Source: Cladosporium halotolerans
Lineage: Eukaryota
Assembly: GCF_011745625.1 (NCBI RefSeq)
Contig: NW_027191464.1
Location: 496,001-560,000 of the forward strand
Direction of reading: 5' to 3'
DNA: 64,000 bases
Shown here: piece by piece, positions 61,819 to 64,000 of the stretch
How the letters are laid out: each line of letters begins with the position of its first letter
Numbering within the stretch: the first letter of the stretch is position 1
Program-made: the position numbers and the translations under genes
Notes under the pieces: model-generated
Told to the model about the DNA's origin: nothing
The model's database searches: none
Seen by the model: only the letters and a program-made list of their open reading frames with translations

Positions 61819-64000
61819 CTAAGTAAAGTCAAAGTCTTGCCCGAGATCACCCATATCAAGGCCAGCAAAGATATCTTCTTCGCCATTCTGTTGATCCCCT
61901 CCTTCGCCCGTGCCATTCTGACCGCCTTGCTGGACTGGCTGCCCAAAATCGATGTCGAGGTCAAACATGTTGCCCGAGTTGTCGAGCTGCATCATGTCGT
62001 TCGTATTCTGATTGAACGAGTCGCCTAGGTCCATCGAAGGGTTGGCGGCAGCGGCGAAATCGGCAGTACTGAAGTCCGTATTGACATCCTGGCCCAGGCC
62101 CGCGTCTCCGCCGAGCAGCGAGTTTTCTGCTGCGACGGGCGCGTCGCCTGTGCCCATGCCTAGGTCTTGCATCACTTGATCTGTCATGTTCTGGTCGTCG
62201 GTGGAAGTTGGAACCAATGCCATCTGAGAGACAGCAGACTGTGCTTCTACCTTGCGAGCCAGGCGGACGAGAGCCTCTGCATCTGCTACTGGCATGTCCA
62301 GCAGCTGGCGGATGTTCGAGGTGGCCAAACGCAGAGCATCCCGCAAGGAGAGACGGGGTTGTGAAGTCGGTGAAGGTCCCACGTTCATGAGCGTTGTGTA
62401 AGACGATGGATCTGGCGCGCATACTAGCGCTGCGGAGATGTCCAGTGCGATGGGACCGTTGCTAATGGTCGTCTGATCTCTGATCTCCTCGGTGACAGCT
62501 TGCAGCACCGAAGGGCTACCGCAAACTTGTAGACTACAGTGTAGAAGGTGTGAAGCGAATCTCGGAGGGGCGTCTGTACCGCCGCTTGCAGCCCACAAGG
62601 CAAGTTCGCGAACGGTGTTCTTGACCGCATGAGTTAACAGCCCGCTCGCTGCGTATCCGTCCAGCTCTGCGCGAGGAACGGCCATTGTTCTTTGCTGATG
62701 CAGATGAGGCTTCAGTATCTCGATCAAAGCATTAGCCTGATTCTTCTTCTCAGGTTTTCGGCGGGCTAGCTCTTGCAGAGCCGATTCCAAGGGAGTAGCG
62801 ACGATGGCGAGAATGCATTTGTGCATCGCTTGCATTTCCTGCGAGCTGCCTGACGGCTTGAGGAGCTTTTCCAGGATCTGCAGTAAGATCTCGGCATCAT
62901 TGTGGTCTTCCCAAGAGTGTTTAAGGAGCCAATTGATGCCCCCTACCAGGGATGGCAAAAGGAAAGGCTCGAGTAGGAACTCCAGTCCCCCACGCATAGT
63001 GTTGATTGGCAAAGCGTTCGACTTGCAGGCTAGAACACTCTGGTCGAAGAGCACAGGCACCAGAAGGTAGAAAGCTTGAGGCGGACATTGAGACATGACC
63101 TCGTCGCCTATACCAGTAGTCTCGCCTTGCTCATCCGTAGCATACAATCCCTCGATCCATTTTGCAAGCTGTTTCTTCTGCTCATCTGTCAAATCCGAGA
63201 TATGGATGCTTTGAGGGACCCGGAGCAGCATCTTCATGATGAAGTTATCGTCTTGGTTCAATGCAAGATCAGATGCTTGCAGATCATAGCGATGTATCGC
63301 TGCAAGCAGAAAAAGCAAAATACAGGCAAACTCTTCATAGGGCGGCTGGAATTCGCTGGAGTCTTGATCATGAACCCAGTCGTTCAATACATTGCAAAGC
63401 GGAAGGAGAAGATTTGCAGGTTGCGTGAAGAGCATGATGACGTCCAGATTGGGAAATTTCCTTGTGAGCGAGGTACAGACGGTCTTCAGCTCGGTCGTTT
63501 CCCGGTTCGCGCACAATTTGTTGATGGTATCCACGATGCAAGCGGAGATCGCCCCAGCATTTCCGTTCATGGAGTCAAGCTCCTGAATCAAAGTATCAAG
63601 GCGTCCAGTATTGTTGGAAGTCTGCGCATTAAGCCCGTCCTTCGTGTACTTTGTCACTTTTGGTACAGTCACTGACTGCTCATTGACCAAGCTCGCAATA
63701 GTACGCTCGGACACGAGAGAATGCAGCGAGCACGCAAAGAGGAATTCGAGTCTGGTCTTTTTCATAACATCCCGAGCATCCGTTGCACCTGTACTCAGTG
63801 GCGTCAGGGGATCCATAGTAATGGCCATGAACGACATCTGGATACAGTTTTCCACTGCATTCGGACCGCTGAACCCAAGAAGAGAATGCAATAGGAGAGG
63901 GACTTTGTTGCAGATGAAAGATCGGATGAATCGCACACTTTGCCTAGATTCGTGACGTAGCAGCGCGTTGGTGAGGACATCGAAAGATGCGATCAGTAGA
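61819..64000 (-). CDS. MED5: Mediator subunit Med5 (Nut1), 5' part beyond window edge
   Basis: LIASFDVL, RSFICNKVPLLL, EFQPPYEEFACILL, CPPQAFYLLVPVLFDQS, GGLEFLLEPFLLPSLVGG, acidic D/F-rich tail; frame open to the window end. Confidence 0.85.
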   Translation of the reverse strand, partial: LLIASFDVLTNALLRHESRQSVRFIRSFICNKVPLLLHSLLGFSGPNAVENCIQMSFMAITMDPLTPLSTGATDARDVMKKTRLEFLFACSLHSLVSERTIASLVNEQSVTVPKVTKYTKDGLNAQTSNNTGRLDTLIQELDSMNGNAGAISACIVDTINKLCANRETTELKTVCTSLTRKFPNLDVIMLFTQPANLLLPLCNVLNDWVHDQDSSEFQPPYEEFACILLFLLAAIHRYDLQASDLALNQDDNFIMKMLLRVPQSIHISDLTDEQKKQLAKWIEGLYATDEQGETTGIGDEVMSQCPPQAFYLLVPVLFDQSVLACKSNALPINTMRGGLEFLLEPFLLPSLVGGINWLLKHSWEDHNDAEILLQILEKLLKPSGSSQEMQAMHKCILAIVATPLESALQELARRKPEKKNQANALIEILKPHLHQQRTMAVPRAELDGYAASGLLTHAVKNTVRELALWAASGGTDAPPRFASHLLHCSLQVCGSPSVLQAVTEEIRDQTTISNGPIALDISAALVCAPDPSSYTTLMNVGPSPTSQPRLSLRDALRLATSNIRQLLDMPVADAEALVRLARKVEAQSAVSQMALVPTSTDDQNMTDQVMQDLGMGTGDAPVAAENSLLGGDAGLGQDVNTDFSTADFAAAANPSMDLGDSFNQNTNDMMQLDNSGNMFDLDIDFGQPVQQGGQNGTGEGGDQQNGEEDIFAGLDMGDLGQDFDFT

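Overview
Eukaryotic, intron-containing DNA from a filamentous ascomycete (GT-AG introns of about 45-140 nt with CTRAC-type branch points; gene style suggests a Dothideomycete, which is inference). It holds 24 protein-coding genes plus one intron-containing tRNA-Ala(TGC). The genes include a Pth11-like membrane protein, Rtt106-like chaperone, Avt2-like transporter, Cce1/Ydc2 resolvase, NADP-GDH, an MHYT-domain protein, acyl-CoA thioesterase, Dal5/Tna1-type MFS, Bmt5, bacterial-type HchA/Hsp31, Rud3 golgin, NmrA-like protein, FAD monooxygenase, Crm1, Ypi1, Dad2, shugoshin, a Mid2-like sensor, a SAM methyltransferase, an SDR and a partial Med5. Most notable unexplained structure: (1) a five-unit intergenic tandem array of about 167 bp period at 23270-24100 with ordered conserved motifs (CTTCAC, inverted CCAAT, GCTAGC, CTCGAGTC, T-tract, (GC)n); (2) recurrent sharp C/A-rich to G/T-rich strand-skew flips inside genes, independent of gene orientation and visible in introns; (3) a roughly 9 kb stretch (5740-14980) with no intact gene, only apparent decayed coding remnants; (4) an intronless E. 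coli HchA-like gene beside the tRNA. Exon boundaries were read by eye and family calls come from motif recognition, not database searches.
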